Below, piece by piece: positions 12,150 through 22,550 of a stretch of DNA of 64,000 nucleotides. Below the pieces are notes generated by a model. The model did no database searches. It was not told the origin of the DNA and saw only the letters and a program-made list of their open reading frames with translations. The position numbers and the translations under genes are program-made. Every line of letters starts with the position of its first letter. Within the stretch, counting starts at the first letter, position 1. The DNA is from Pelagomonas calceolata (taxonomy: Eukaryota): positions 186,001-250,000 of the forward strand of contig CAKKNE010000002.1 in NCBI GenBank assembly GCA_918797485.1, read 5' to 3'.

Positions 12150-12367
12150 GCTTGGACTTACGCGGCAGCGCCATTCCCAGACCTCGACGAGTGCGGCCGC
12201 GAGTATGGCCGCGCCATTTTACAGCCTAAGCCAATTTTCGAGCCGTCGACGGAATAGTCGCCCGCCGTACTCGTCGAGGTTTAGATCCCATGGGACGCGA
12301 GTTATGAGGGAGCTGCAAAAAAATCCAATTGCATAAGTTTGCCCGTCGTACGAGCTGGTAGACTACC

Positions 12368-14604
12368 ATGGTACTTGCTGGTACCGTGCTGCGAGCTGAG
12401 TGTGCTGAGTTTGGACAGTGTGCGGAGTCGACCTGGTACGAGCGGATGGGAGGGCGATGGCTTTGCACCCACCTAATGTTATCCATCGTGCGACCGAACC
12501 CTGCTTTTCCTGCACGGCCGCCAAGACAAAAGCAATCTTCGGAAATGTCAGCCTCATGGCGCGAGAACAATACAAAGAATTGCGTCGAGGACCCGAGTGC
12601 GACGGGTCAGTACGTCGATCCTCACAGGGATGCCGCCTTTGAGCTAGCCGGGCCGCATTGTACCTACGCATCGAGGATCGGTGCCGAGCAGGCGCGCTGC
12701 GCACTGCGGCGCGAGCGGATCGTCTTCCTAGGTGACAGCACGATGCGCCAACTGTTTGCGGCCGTCGCGTGCAAACTCGACGGATCGAAACGACCGCGTG
12801 TGAGGCAACCTGGGAATTTACCGAAAAGGAGCGACGACGGCCGCTGGCCTTTGAAATGGGTGGTATATAAGAATATGGTCGGATCAAATCAATGCGAGCT
12901 CGAGGTCGTCGAGCCCAAGGGTACAGAGAAGCGACGCAAGGAGGTGCTACAGTTTACATGGGACGTGCCTGGCGGCGACGACATTCGCGCGTCGTTTCAC
13001 TGGGCCGAACACGCCGACGACATCGAACGCATCGCCGCCATGGGCGCCGCCGCTGTGCCCAAGGGCGACGCAAACGCAACGATCGTGATTGCGAATGTCG
13101 GCCTCTACTACCCCGCTCGTGGTACTGAACTCTGCTCGAACATCACAACAAGCATCGAACGTGCGATGAACGTCCTGTTGAACACGACGACGTTGGGGCG
13201 CGCGCGCGTGTTCTGGATCGAAACTCAGACGCTACCGGATCAAAACAGCCGCAAATTCCTCACGGAGCACGTTGCCTGCTCGCCGTCGGACCGTCGGGAA
13301 CAGACGAACGCCATGCGTCCAATCCGCGACGGCCGCGTGACGCTCGTCCGCACCCACGATGTTCTTGCCAAGAACTGGCGGTTTAGCTCGGCCACGGATC
13401 TTCATCAGCAGTATGCGAACGAATACCGCGCTGACGTCTTATTTAACCACATTGGACCGCTGTCCTGCTTGAGGCCGCGTCAAGGGCGAAGCCTGTCGCA
13501 CACCCCGGTGCCGGCGGAATCACCTCACAGACTGACAAGCATCGAGCCAAACAAAGGTCTCTTTGTCGGTAACGCGTCGCAAGGTTTAAATTTGAGCAGC
13601 ACGTCGGCCCTCGTCCGCAGGGCCTGGTGCAGGTCGCTGTCTCAATGGTGCGCTGCGCCCGGCCAATGGAGGTACGGCGAGCTGGGAGGCCGCTACAGTA
13701 TGCATACACTGGACGTGTGGTGCAAAGGTCGGTCGGTCCATCCGGCGCTCAGCTGCGGTGCGACCGAACGGTTCGAGTCAAAGCGAGAAGTCACTACGCA
13801 CCCGCACGTTGCGCAAGCTCCCGGTTCCTTCGAAAGAAAAGAGATGCTATTTGTTCACATTCCCAAGACCGGCGGAACGACAATTGAGGCGGTTTTGAAG
13901 ATCCCGAAGAACCACGCGCTCGCCTTTGACCGCTTCCAGGAGCTGGAGAGGCCAACGACATTCACGGTTGCGGTTGTTCGGAACCCGTGGGACCGCGCAC
14001 TCTCATGGTACCGCTTTTGCGTCGCAGGAGCAGGACCACCCCCACATCCAGTCGCTCACTGCACATTTGCTCGCAAGCTCAATTTGGGCTTGCGAAAGAG
14101 CCCTGGGAAAAAAAGTGCGGCAGAAGCGAATGCGCTGGTGGCAGATGTGGTTGCGGCGTGGCTGAAGACAGTACTCACAGAAAGGCGCTACGCAAACCTC
14201 TGGGTCTCGACTCCTATGAGCGTCTATGTGACACATCCCCTCACTGGCGAGTTTCTAGTTGATGCCTTGTCCCCCCATGTCTGCGTTACAGAATCTGCTC
14301 TCGCCCACAGAGAATACTTTATCCGCATCGCAGGCTCCGCCTTGAGCACATCGCCGACGACCTCGAGGAGCTATGCGCTATCGTGGGCTGTGATAGTCGC
14401 CAGATACGCACCACTCACGCAAACCCCTCGAAGAACAAGACGAGCTCGATTTTGAAAATACAAAGCAGCTGGTTCAAGAGTGGCTCCGGTGCGCCCGCAT
14501 TTCTCAGTCGGCCCTACCAGGAGGTCCTCACGCGGGAAGCCCGGGCAACTATTGACGACGTGTGGGGCGTCGACGCTGTCGTCTTTAATTATACCTTTGA
14601 CTGA
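12368..14604 (+). CDS. SGNH/TBL-like domain fused to a sulfotransferase domain; probable intron 14269-14333; true start probably downstream of 12368
   Basis: RIVFLGDSTMRQLF, D.HQ; FVHIPKTGGTTIE, VVRNPWDRALSWY; spliced LVDALLRLEHIADDL...D..VFNYTF. Confidence 0.7.
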
Positions 14605-14815
14605 CTCCGGCTTCTAACTCCGGCTGACTCGGAATACTAGGTTGCAAATTACTAGTCTAAAGGCTTGGTGTATGTCCTTTTCCTTTAGGTTATTCCTTCC
14701 TTAATTATTTATTTACTTGCTTTGCTTATTTATTTATTTAGCAGGGTGCGAGGGCATTTATTCATCATGCCAGTGTACAGTCACGCCGGGGCCCCTGGGT
14801 GCGGCACTGGCACAG

Positions 14816-16366
14816 TTATGATTGTGGAACGGTAACCGTGACGGAGGTAGTACTCAGCAGAGCTCGCGAGAGAAGTCGCCCGGCGGGCCAGCCTGACTCG
14901 GAGAGCATGGGAGCCTGAGGGCTGGGGGTTAAACTTACACTTGGCACCTCCCCGCAGGCGCCTTTGCGACAGGCGTAAAGGTCATTCTGATCACCGACCT
15001 CGCGCGCAGCCTTGCCGAAACGGAAATCTCCCCTGAGGTCGCTGGCGCCGCGCCATCGAGTCGTGCGCGGGGTGTCCCGAAGCTCAGCCTGGCTCCCAGC
15101 GAACGCCCAACCTCGCGACATTTCGGGCAAATGCTCGTCATCTGTCACCGACCACATCAAATGCGGTACCAGCTTGAAGCCGGAGTATCCAAGCTCGACG
15201 AGCTTCGACAAAACAGACTGGTCCTCGGACGATACATAGAGCGGCCGGTGGGCTGGGTCCACGGCAGCTAGCGCGTTCAAGCACACGTCGTCGAAGCCCT
15301 CAATGTCCACCTTCATGTAGTACACACGACCACAGAGTTCGTTGATGACCTTGGCGCAGGTAGTAGTTTCGACGACGACGTTTTCGCACGGATTGCCTTT
15401 CCTGGCCTGCTGCGCACAGGTGAGCGTCGACGAAGACATTTCGGGGTTCTTCTTATTGATAGCGAACGTGACTCTCGACGGGCCACCGGGCTTAGCGACC
15501 GCGACATGGCGCAGATCGACGCGACCGAGCGCCGTGGCCCACCTGACGACCGGATGGGTCCGCGCGAACGCTAATAAGCCCGCGTTCGCCTCCAGTCCGA
15601 CGACGGCAAAGCCGTGACGAAGGTACGCAGCTGAGTCGTCGCCGTTGTGCACCCCGACATCGACAATCACCGGCAGTTCGTCGGTGCCGAGTGCGGTCCG
15701 CGCGGCTGCGACGAGGGGTGGCGGGGCCGCGGGGACGAGATCGCCACCGATATAGTGGTCGCACCTTTCCTCGCGCCATCTCCTCGCGAGATTTTGGCGG
15801 TCGCCGAACGCTCGCATGCGTAGGAGCACGCACGCCTTTCGTCGCCACCAGGATGGCGGGGACGGCGGATCACGCGCCCATTTTGGCTCCAATTTCAGCG
15901 TGGCGACAGTTTGCTTCGCATTAAGTACCGCACCGGTGCAGCCCGCCCGCCTTCGGCAGGTCTCCACCGCCACCACGCAAGCGCGGTCCCCTTTACACTT
16001 GACTCGGAATGGTGGGTCGTAATCCTCGCCGACCATCAGCTTGGGCGTGCTCGCGGGCCAGGCCCGCGACACTGCCGGGGCCGTGGCCGCGTCGCCGACA
16101 GCGTCTGCGTACTCGACCAGGAGGCTCGTGCCAAGCTGCACGCACTGCCTTGGCGCCGACACCGGGACCGCGGTGGTCGCCTCGGGCTGAGCTCGAAACC
16201 GAGAGGGCTCAACCCGGGAAGGGCGAAACCGAGGGGGATCAACCTGGGAAGATTGCGCGAGGTTGGAACGCAGCCGATGCGGCGCCGTTTCCGTAAGCAT
16301 CCTCTGAATGAGCAATAACATGATCCCTCCGGCCATGAAAGCAACAACCATCATGCGGTTCATCAT
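14816..16366 (-). CDS. FkbM-family methyltransferase, type II membrane protein
   Basis: N-terminal TM; IVDVGVHNGDDS, GLEAN, YMKVDIEGFD. Confidence 0.8.
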   Translation of the reverse strand: MMNRMMVVAFMAGGIMLLLIQRMLTETAPHRLRSNLAQSSQVDPPRFRPSRVEPSRFRAQPEATTAVPVSAPRQCVQLGTSLLVEYADAVGDAATAPAVSRAWPASTPKLMVGEDYDPPFRVKCKGDRACVVAVETCRRRAGCTGAVLNAKQTVATLKLEPKWARDPPSPPSWWRRKACVLLRMRAFGDRQNLARRWREERCDHYIGGDLVPAAPPPLVAAARTALGTDELPVIVDVGVHNGDDSAAYLRHGFAVVGLEANAGLLAFARTHPVVRWATALGRVDLRHVAVAKPGGPSRVTFAINKKNPEMSSSTLTCAQQARKGNPCENVVVETTTCAKVINELCGRVYYMKVDIEGFDDVCLNALAAVDPAHRPLYVSSEDQSVLSKLVELGYSGFKLVPHLMWSVTDDEHLPEMSRGWAFAGSQAELRDTPRTTRWRGASDLRGDFRFGKAAREVGDQNDLYACRKGACGEVPSVSLTPSPQAPMLSESGWPAGRLLSRALLSTTSVTVTVPQS

Positions 16367-16805
16367 GAGGGCAAATAGTGACCAATTGAAACGTTTACTT
16401 GTAATAAGTCATGCCTTACTGCAAAAGACGCAGGTGTACGACCTTTGTAGGTCGCATTCCCGGCCAATGCCTTAGGCTGTGCGGTGCACTAAATGCACAT
16501 TGCGACAGCGGCACAGGCGTACCTGCTATAGTGGGCCACGTACCGTCTCCGGACGTTTTTAAGCGTAACCTTATGGGTTGCGTGGCCCCGGCGGCGTCAA
16601 AATAAACTGGCAGTGTTTGGTTATCGGCAAGTATGGCGGGGGGGGATTTTTTACATACCGTAGGGATACTCGAGCCACAGCAACACGCACCAGCGGCGCG
16701 ACAGGGCCAGCCGAGGCGTGAACATAGCACAGCCGGTTCGTGTACGTCGCACGACTGACTACGACGCGAAAACGGCGCGAGAAAATCACCAGCAGTAAAT
16801 GCGGA

Positions 16806-17227
16806 TGCCACGCCCACTTGTTGCCCTGGCCATCCTGGCCGACAGCGCGGGCGCGCTATTGATGACGAGGCGGACGCCGGCTTCCCGGCGACGACCGCAG
16901 CTGCGGGCGCGGGCCGATGACGCCGATGAGGCGGAGGAACTGCGACGGATTTTCGAGTCCGGCGCGGACTTGCTCACGCCCGAGGAGGAGATGGCCAACG
17001 AGGACGCCCGCGAGGGCGTCGCGTCGATCTTCGACGCGGAGGACATGCGGACGCTCTTCCACGAGGGTCTCGCGGCCGAGGGCGACGCGCCCCCGACGCT
17101 CGCGAAGAGCGCCGGCAGCCTCGCGGACATGGATGACGCCTCGTTCAAGCTCCTCATGTGGAAGCGCCTCGGTCAGAACGACTTCGACCGAATATTCAAG
17201 GGGCCACGCGTCGAGTTCGAAATTTAG
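16806..17227 (+). CDS. Small hypothetical protein with signal/transit-like peptide
   Basis: Hydrophobic N-terminus, Arg-rich transit-like stretch, acidic body, WKRLGQNDFDRIF. Confidence 0.65.
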
Positions 17228-18041
17228 CGTGCCGCATGGATTATCTACATGAATAAATAACTTGAATGATTGCTTTTGCTTAGAGCTAGGCCGCCTAGCC
17301 ACGTCCCGCCGCGATTATTACCCGTTCGAGTTATTCACCTTTTTTCCTCGGAAGAGGGGGACCCGGGTTTATATCCGGTCAATATGGTTTTTTTGGGGGC
17401 AAGAAATCGCCGAGTCGCCGACTCAGGGGGGGGGACACCAGACTAGGATTGCTCCATAGCGAATGTAAACGCTGCCCTACCTGCAGGATTTTCTAAAACG
17501 AAGGTTACACAAGTCGATTCCCGCCCCCTAACAAAAATGGGAGTGGGGTCGTCGGGATTTGGCGTTTTGGCAGACCGATGACTGCAAAGAATACCCGCAC
17601 GATGTGATTCGGCTCGCTCCTAAGCGGTCTTCTTCGGCCCGAACGGCGTCCAGAGCCGCCACTAAGTCATCACCTTTGCTGCAGCACCCTTGAAGACCGT
17701 TGTAGCCGCCTCGCTGAACGCATGCAGCTGCAGCCGGCGCGTCGCTAAACCTACTAAACGGGTTTTTGACGACTTTGGAGCTCTCCCTCTCATCGTCATC
17801 GACCTCCGTACAGACCCGCGACCTCGGGCGGGGCTACCGACCCCTCTCGGAGGCTCCATGCGAAAAAGCACGTAATTTCGGATCGATTAAGACTCGCTCA
17901 GGACCTGGCGTCCCCCCCCATGCCGACTCGGAGTCGGAGGATAGGCGAACTTATATAGTAGTAGGCGGCGAGCCTGAGCCTGAGGATTTTCCTCTCTCTA
18001 CTGGCAGTCATAATAATTATGCAGCAACCCACCCTCAACTA

Positions 18042-19025
18042 CTACTCTCCTGGCGCTGCTCGGTTCCGGAGAAGCGCAAAGTTCCGGTAGAGGGGTGTCG
18101 CGCCGGCCCGAACAGGCGCCGCGACGAGCGCGTCGAGGGTGGCTTTGTGCTCGCCGCGTGCGCTTCGCGAGCCAGTCCTGTAGTGCTTGATAAGCATGCC
18201 ACCCTTGAGTTCTTGGGAGACGGTTTCTTCGTAGACCACTTCCCACTCGGCTGGGTGGGCGCGGGCGTATTCGAGCATCATGCGCGTCTTGAAGTCTGTG
18301 TCGTCCAGGGCGACCCACGCGACGCGAGAGCAAAGCTGGCGAATAATATCCCACTCGGCCCACCCGGTGAACGCGCCACCATCGACGTTGAGAAGCCCGT
18401 AACGGCGCGACGCGCAGAGCGGACCGAGGACACCGACCTGATGTTCCCGCGCTGACTCCCTCTCGCGACGAAGCCACGTGGCGGACTCGGGTCGCTGCGG
18501 GTCGTGCTGCGATGGAAATTGAGACTCGTTGATGCTTGACGCAAGCATGAGTTGCGACGGCCACCGCTGCGCCTTCCGAAACGCCTCGCCCACGAGGAAT
18601 TTTTCCGGTCGGACTTCGAGGGATAGGAGGCGCCGGTTTTCCGACGAGGTGCCGGCGGCAATCGCGGCCTTGAGGGCGCGCGCCAGGATGCCCGTGGTCC
18701 CCGCGCCGTTTGAGGCCCCGATTTCGAGGATGTCGCCCGCCGCAGACCCTGGCGCCGTCACGGCCCACGCGAGGACCTTGGACGCGGCGAACTGATCGTG
18801 AAACTCCCCCTTGACGCGGCGACGCTGTTGCGTATTTTTTACTTTGGCGAGGAGTTTCGGCGGCACCGCCGCGGCCAGCGTGGCGCTCCGCGCCTGTTGG
18901 CGGGCGAGGATCGCCTCCGCGTCCGCCCGCGACAGGGGACATGGCGCTGCGCAGCTCGTCTCTTGCGCGATCGCCCGGCCCGCGGCGGCCAGGAAGAAAA
19001 GGGGAGCAAGGCCTCCGAAAATCAT
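18042..19025 (-). CDS. Class I SAM methyltransferase-like secreted protein
   Basis: DILEIGASNGAGTT, LSLE, LNVDGGAFTGWAEW, VALDDT. Confidence 0.7.
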   Translation of the reverse strand: MIFGGLAPLFFLAAAGRAIAQETSCAAPCPLSRADAEAILARQQARSATLAAAVPPKLLAKVKNTQQRRRVKGEFHDQFAASKVLAWAVTAPGSAAGDILEIGASNGAGTTGILARALKAAIAAGTSSENRRLLSLEVRPEKFLVGEAFRKAQRWPSQLMLASSINESQFPSQHDPQRPESATWLRRERESAREHQVGVLGPLCASRRYGLLNVDGGAFTGWAEWDIIRQLCSRVAWVALDDTDFKTRMMLEYARAHPAEWEVVYEETVSQELKGGMLIKHYRTGSRSARGEHKATLDALVAAPVRAGATPLYRNFALLRNRAAPGE

Positions 19026-19185
19026 CTGCCAATGTCCATCACTTTAGAAGGTACCGTAAGAATAGGCAGAGCCAACGCGTATGAGTTCCGTGCGCTGCCC
19101 AAGCCTTAATGGGCGCGCTTCTATCAAGAGAAGCTGGTACCGCAGGTAACGGTATGATACATAAGCTTGGAGGCGGCATGGGATC

Positions 19186-20916
19186 ATGCTCTCGGTATAT
19201 GCTCTCGTGATGGCGATGCCCGGCGTGGTTGCCACGGCGGGCTACGCGTCGTGCGAGCCGCCGGCGCGCCTGATTCCGCCCGGCCTCCCGCCCGGCCGGA
19301 ACCTCGTCGACGACCCGGCGTTCGCCGAGGCGCCGTGGCTCCGGACCTGCGACAACCCGGAGAATGTCGACGCGCTGCGGGGCGTGTCCCAAGATGCGTA
19401 CAAGCGAGGGCCTCGGCAGCAAGCGGCGCAGAAGCGCATCAGCCGCGAATTCTTCGACCGGGCCACGTGCGCCTTTCACGGGGCTCGCCTTGTCTCGCCG
19501 CGGGGTTGTTTCCCCGCGCGCGCGGGCTCTGTTGTCGAACGATCCGGCGCGACGCTGCGCTTTTCGTTCTCCGGGGCGGCGCTGGCGGCCTGCCGCGTCG
19601 GCGAGCCGTCGACGTTCCGCGTTCGCTACGAAGCCACGGCAGCGACGTGGTTTCCCCGTGGCAGCCAAGGGTCCAGGCCGCTTTCGATCACGGCTCGGCT
19701 TCGATCCAACTCGACCACGACGATCGCGACTCTGCGGCGCACGAACGCCACGCTCCTCGCCGGTAGCTTCGAAGGGCGCTTCGTGGCCCCCTCGGCCGGC
19801 GCCCAGGTGCTCGAAGTTCTCCTCTCGTGGCTCGTCGACGAGCCGCGGCCCCTGCCGCGGCCCGGGGCGTTCCACGAGCAGCTGCTGTACGCGGGCGCCA
19901 CGATCGCGGCCGGCGATCCCGCACGCGAGCAGCGGCCATCCTGCGCCACGCCACCCGGCGCGGCGGCGCTGCGCCGCGCGGCGCGGGATCCAGATCCAGA
20001 TGCGCGCGGGGGCGTTTGGTGGCACGCAGATGCAGACCATGGCGACGCGTTCGACGGCGACGCGGCATTCATCTCCGACGAGGCGCGCTACAACGACGGA
20101 TGGACCTACCGGCCTCATGCGTGTGTCCTGCGGTATGCTTCGTCAACGGCGCAGTTCGTCGCCGAGGTCGGGCGGCGGTGCCGCACGACCGGGCCCGTCG
20201 TCTTGGCGGCGACGTCGGACGACAGCCTGGGCCGAGAACTCTGGACGAACATGGTGGCACTCTTCTCTGGCGAGAATGACCATCGATTCAACGAGCAACT
20301 GGACGGTCGCAAGACGCGCGACGCAGCGTCCTGGCAGGCGGCGACGACGCTAGACTTTGGGGCGGTTAAGATTCACCAGGTTCGCAAGGCCAGCGGAACG
20401 CCGCCAGCCGGCGCGGCTGGTTGGATCTTCGCGCCCCGCATCGTCATGGCGCTCTTCAACCCGAACGGCGAAGCCATTGGACCGCGCATACGGCGCGTTC
20501 TCGACGCCGTCGAGGCCTTTGGGCGGAGCTGCAGTCGACGCTTTGGCGCCAGGCGGGACCTCGCCTGCGTCGTCTACCTCAACCCGACGCTGCAGCGCGA
20601 GGATCATCGACGCCACCTCCCCGGCGCCCGGTCCAAAGACCACTTTTTCGTGCTCCGGCGCGAGACTGTGGCCCGCGTCGTCGACCAAGTCCGACGCAAG
20701 GCCTTCGCGCTTGGCCTCGGCGTCGCAGATGCCGAGGCCCTGACGGCCCCGCGCTGGGACGCGACCTGGGACGGCTGCCACTACAGCCGCGGAGTGCACT
20801 GGCCCGACGCCCGCGGCCTCCTGTTCCGGTACCAATGGCAAGGCGGCGTCAGCCGGGCGGCGACGACTCTGTTCCTGAACAGCGTCCTTGCCGCGTGCAA
20901 TGATACCTCGGAATAG
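19186..20916 (+). CDS. Secreted protein, SGNH/TBL-like C-terminal region
   Basis: Signal peptide; WTYRPHAC.L, DDSLGRE, WDGCHY (DxxH). Confidence 0.6.
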   Translation: MLSVYALVMAMPGVVATAGYASCEPPARLIPPGLPPGRNLVDDPAFAEAPWLRTCDNPENVDALRGVSQDAYKRGPRQQAAQKRISREFFDRATCAFHGARLVSPRGCFPARAGSVVERSGATLRFSFSGAALAACRVGEPSTFRVRYEATAATWFPRGSQGSRPLSITARLRSNSTTTIATLRRTNATLLAGSFEGRFVAPSAGAQVLEVLLSWLVDEPRPLPRPGAFHEQLLYAGATIAAGDPAREQRPSCATPPGAAALRRAARDPDPDARGGVWWHADADHGDAFDGDAAFISDEARYNDGWTYRPHACVLRYASSTAQFVAEVGRRCRTTGPVVLAATSDDSLGRELWTNMVALFSGENDHRFNEQLDGRKTRDAASWQAATTLDFGAVKIHQVRKASGTPPAGAAGWIFAPRIVMALFNPNGEAIGPRIRRVLDAVEAFGRSCSRRFGARRDLACVVYLNPTLQREDHRRHLPGARSKDHFFVLRRETVARVVDQVRRKAFALGLGVADAEALTAPRWDATWDGCHYSRGVHWPDARGLLFRYQWQGGVSRAATTLFLNSVLAACNDTSE

Positions 20917-21182
20917 GGTATCGTTCTAGGGTTTCGTGAAGGTTTCGTTCTAGTTTCACTGCAGGTTACTAGTACTCGCCGAGGAAAAGGGTTTATATAC
21001 TACTAGTACTAGTAGTAGTACCCTTTCACGGTGCATCATGACTCGGACTCGGACTCGGATGAATATATGACTTTAGGAGAACTTTAGGAGCCCCCGGCGC
21101 TGTACTCGGCATAAATGTATGTAAGATCCTTAGCCTTAGCTCTGGCTGTCAGCTTCAGGCTATGATAGCTACTAGCGCGGTC

Positions 21183-22226
21183 CTAGCGCGGCCGTGCCCA
21201 CTGTGTGAGATCCACTCTGCCGATGGGGGGCAGCGCTGTCCTGCGCCAGTTGTCCTTGCCATAGCCAAGTTTTGATGCATGCTCACCAACGATGCGCCAA
21301 ACAGTATCCAGGAGCTGGAGTCTCCAAGCCACAGTGGCATCAACGAGATTCGGTCCGCGCGGACGGTGCATGGCGGGTTCGTCGGCGTGCAGGAAAGCGC
21401 ACTCGAGAGTGCGATTGTCAACCTCGAAGCCAGAAAAGCTCACGGTCCGTCGGAGCGCATCGGTGCGCCGGTCTTTGTCGATAAGTTCCTCGAACTTAAG
21501 GAACTCTGTGTCGGTGCTGCCCGGGTGGTCCTGGAGCCAGCGGCCATAGCTCATCTTTTCTGGTCTCCACATGTCGCGATACTCCACCGCGTATACTTGA
21601 GACGCTTCGCGCTCCCAGGCGGGCCTAATCTTGGGCCAGGCTGCCGTTGTGATGGCGCTGTGGTGGTTATGTTCGGCCCGCCCCGCGCGGCGGAGCCGCT
21701 TCCTCTGGTAGTCGGACCAGAACGCTGTCATCGGATGCCGCACGAGAAATATAGCCTTGGCGATGGCACCGCCGCACATCAAATTTGCCCCAACAAAATT
21801 GGCGCGACCTGAGCCGCTGTCGATGGCCATGCTTCCCGCAAAAGTCGGATGAACCTTGATGGCGACGAAGCCTGCGCATGATGACCGCGTCTCGATATTG
21901 TCGCACTCGTGCGGCATGACTGCGGCAATGGACGGATCGAGGTACCGCGACGCCGTCGGCGCGCTGGACGCCTGCTCAAGGAGAAGACGCACCCAGGTGT
22001 TGCCGCTGCCAGGAAAGCTGTATAGCAGCGGCGGAATCTCGGTGCTTACATTTCGGAGGACCACCGCGCGCCTGGAACCACACACTGGGTGGATGCTCCT
22101 TACTCGCGCTTGCTCTCTCGCACGGGCCCCGAGCTGGGCAGCCTTGACACAAAGTTGTCGCCGTCTCTCGATGGCTGGGTTTGCGGCGCTAGCAGCGGTG
22201 ACCATGGTGAACCCCATAAGCATCAT
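21183..22226 (-). CDS. Sulfotransferase (WSCD-like)
   Basis: LYSFPGSGNTWVRLLLE, IFLVRHP...WSDYQR, LKFEEL. Confidence 0.8.
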   Translation of the reverse strand: MMLMGFTMVTAASAANPAIERRRQLCVKAAQLGARAREQARVRSIHPVCGSRRAVVLRNVSTEIPPLLYSFPGSGNTWVRLLLEQASSAPTASRYLDPSIAAVMPHECDNIETRSSCAGFVAIKVHPTFAGSMAIDSGSGRANFVGANLMCGGAIAKAIFLVRHPMTAFWSDYQRKRLRRAGRAEHNHHSAITTAAWPKIRPAWEREASQVYAVEYRDMWRPEKMSYGRWLQDHPGSTDTEFLKFEELIDKDRRTDALRRTVSFSGFEVDNRTLECAFLHADEPAMHRPRGPNLVDATVAWRLQLLDTVWRIVGEHASKLGYGKDNWRRTALPPIGRVDLTQWARPR

Positions 22227-22550
22227 ATTAATACGGGCCTACCTGCTATGATTATGCAGCGGAACCCACCCGCCACACCCCCGGCCCTAGTTGATATCGA
22301 CTCGCCATGGGGATCTAACCTCCTCCTCCTCCTCGCTATGGGGGCTCTGCTACCTTGGGAATTCCCCAAGCTTCTATCCTCTCCTCTCCTACGACCAAAC
22401 AAACGCGGCGCCAAAAACCTGCGCGGGTACCATGGTACCATGGTACTTGCTGGTACCTTACTGCGGTACTGGTACTGCGGTAATATACCGCAGTACTTCT
22501 TAAGTACATACAGAGACCGACCTGCGTCTTAGGTCGTTTAAGCCTGGCCC

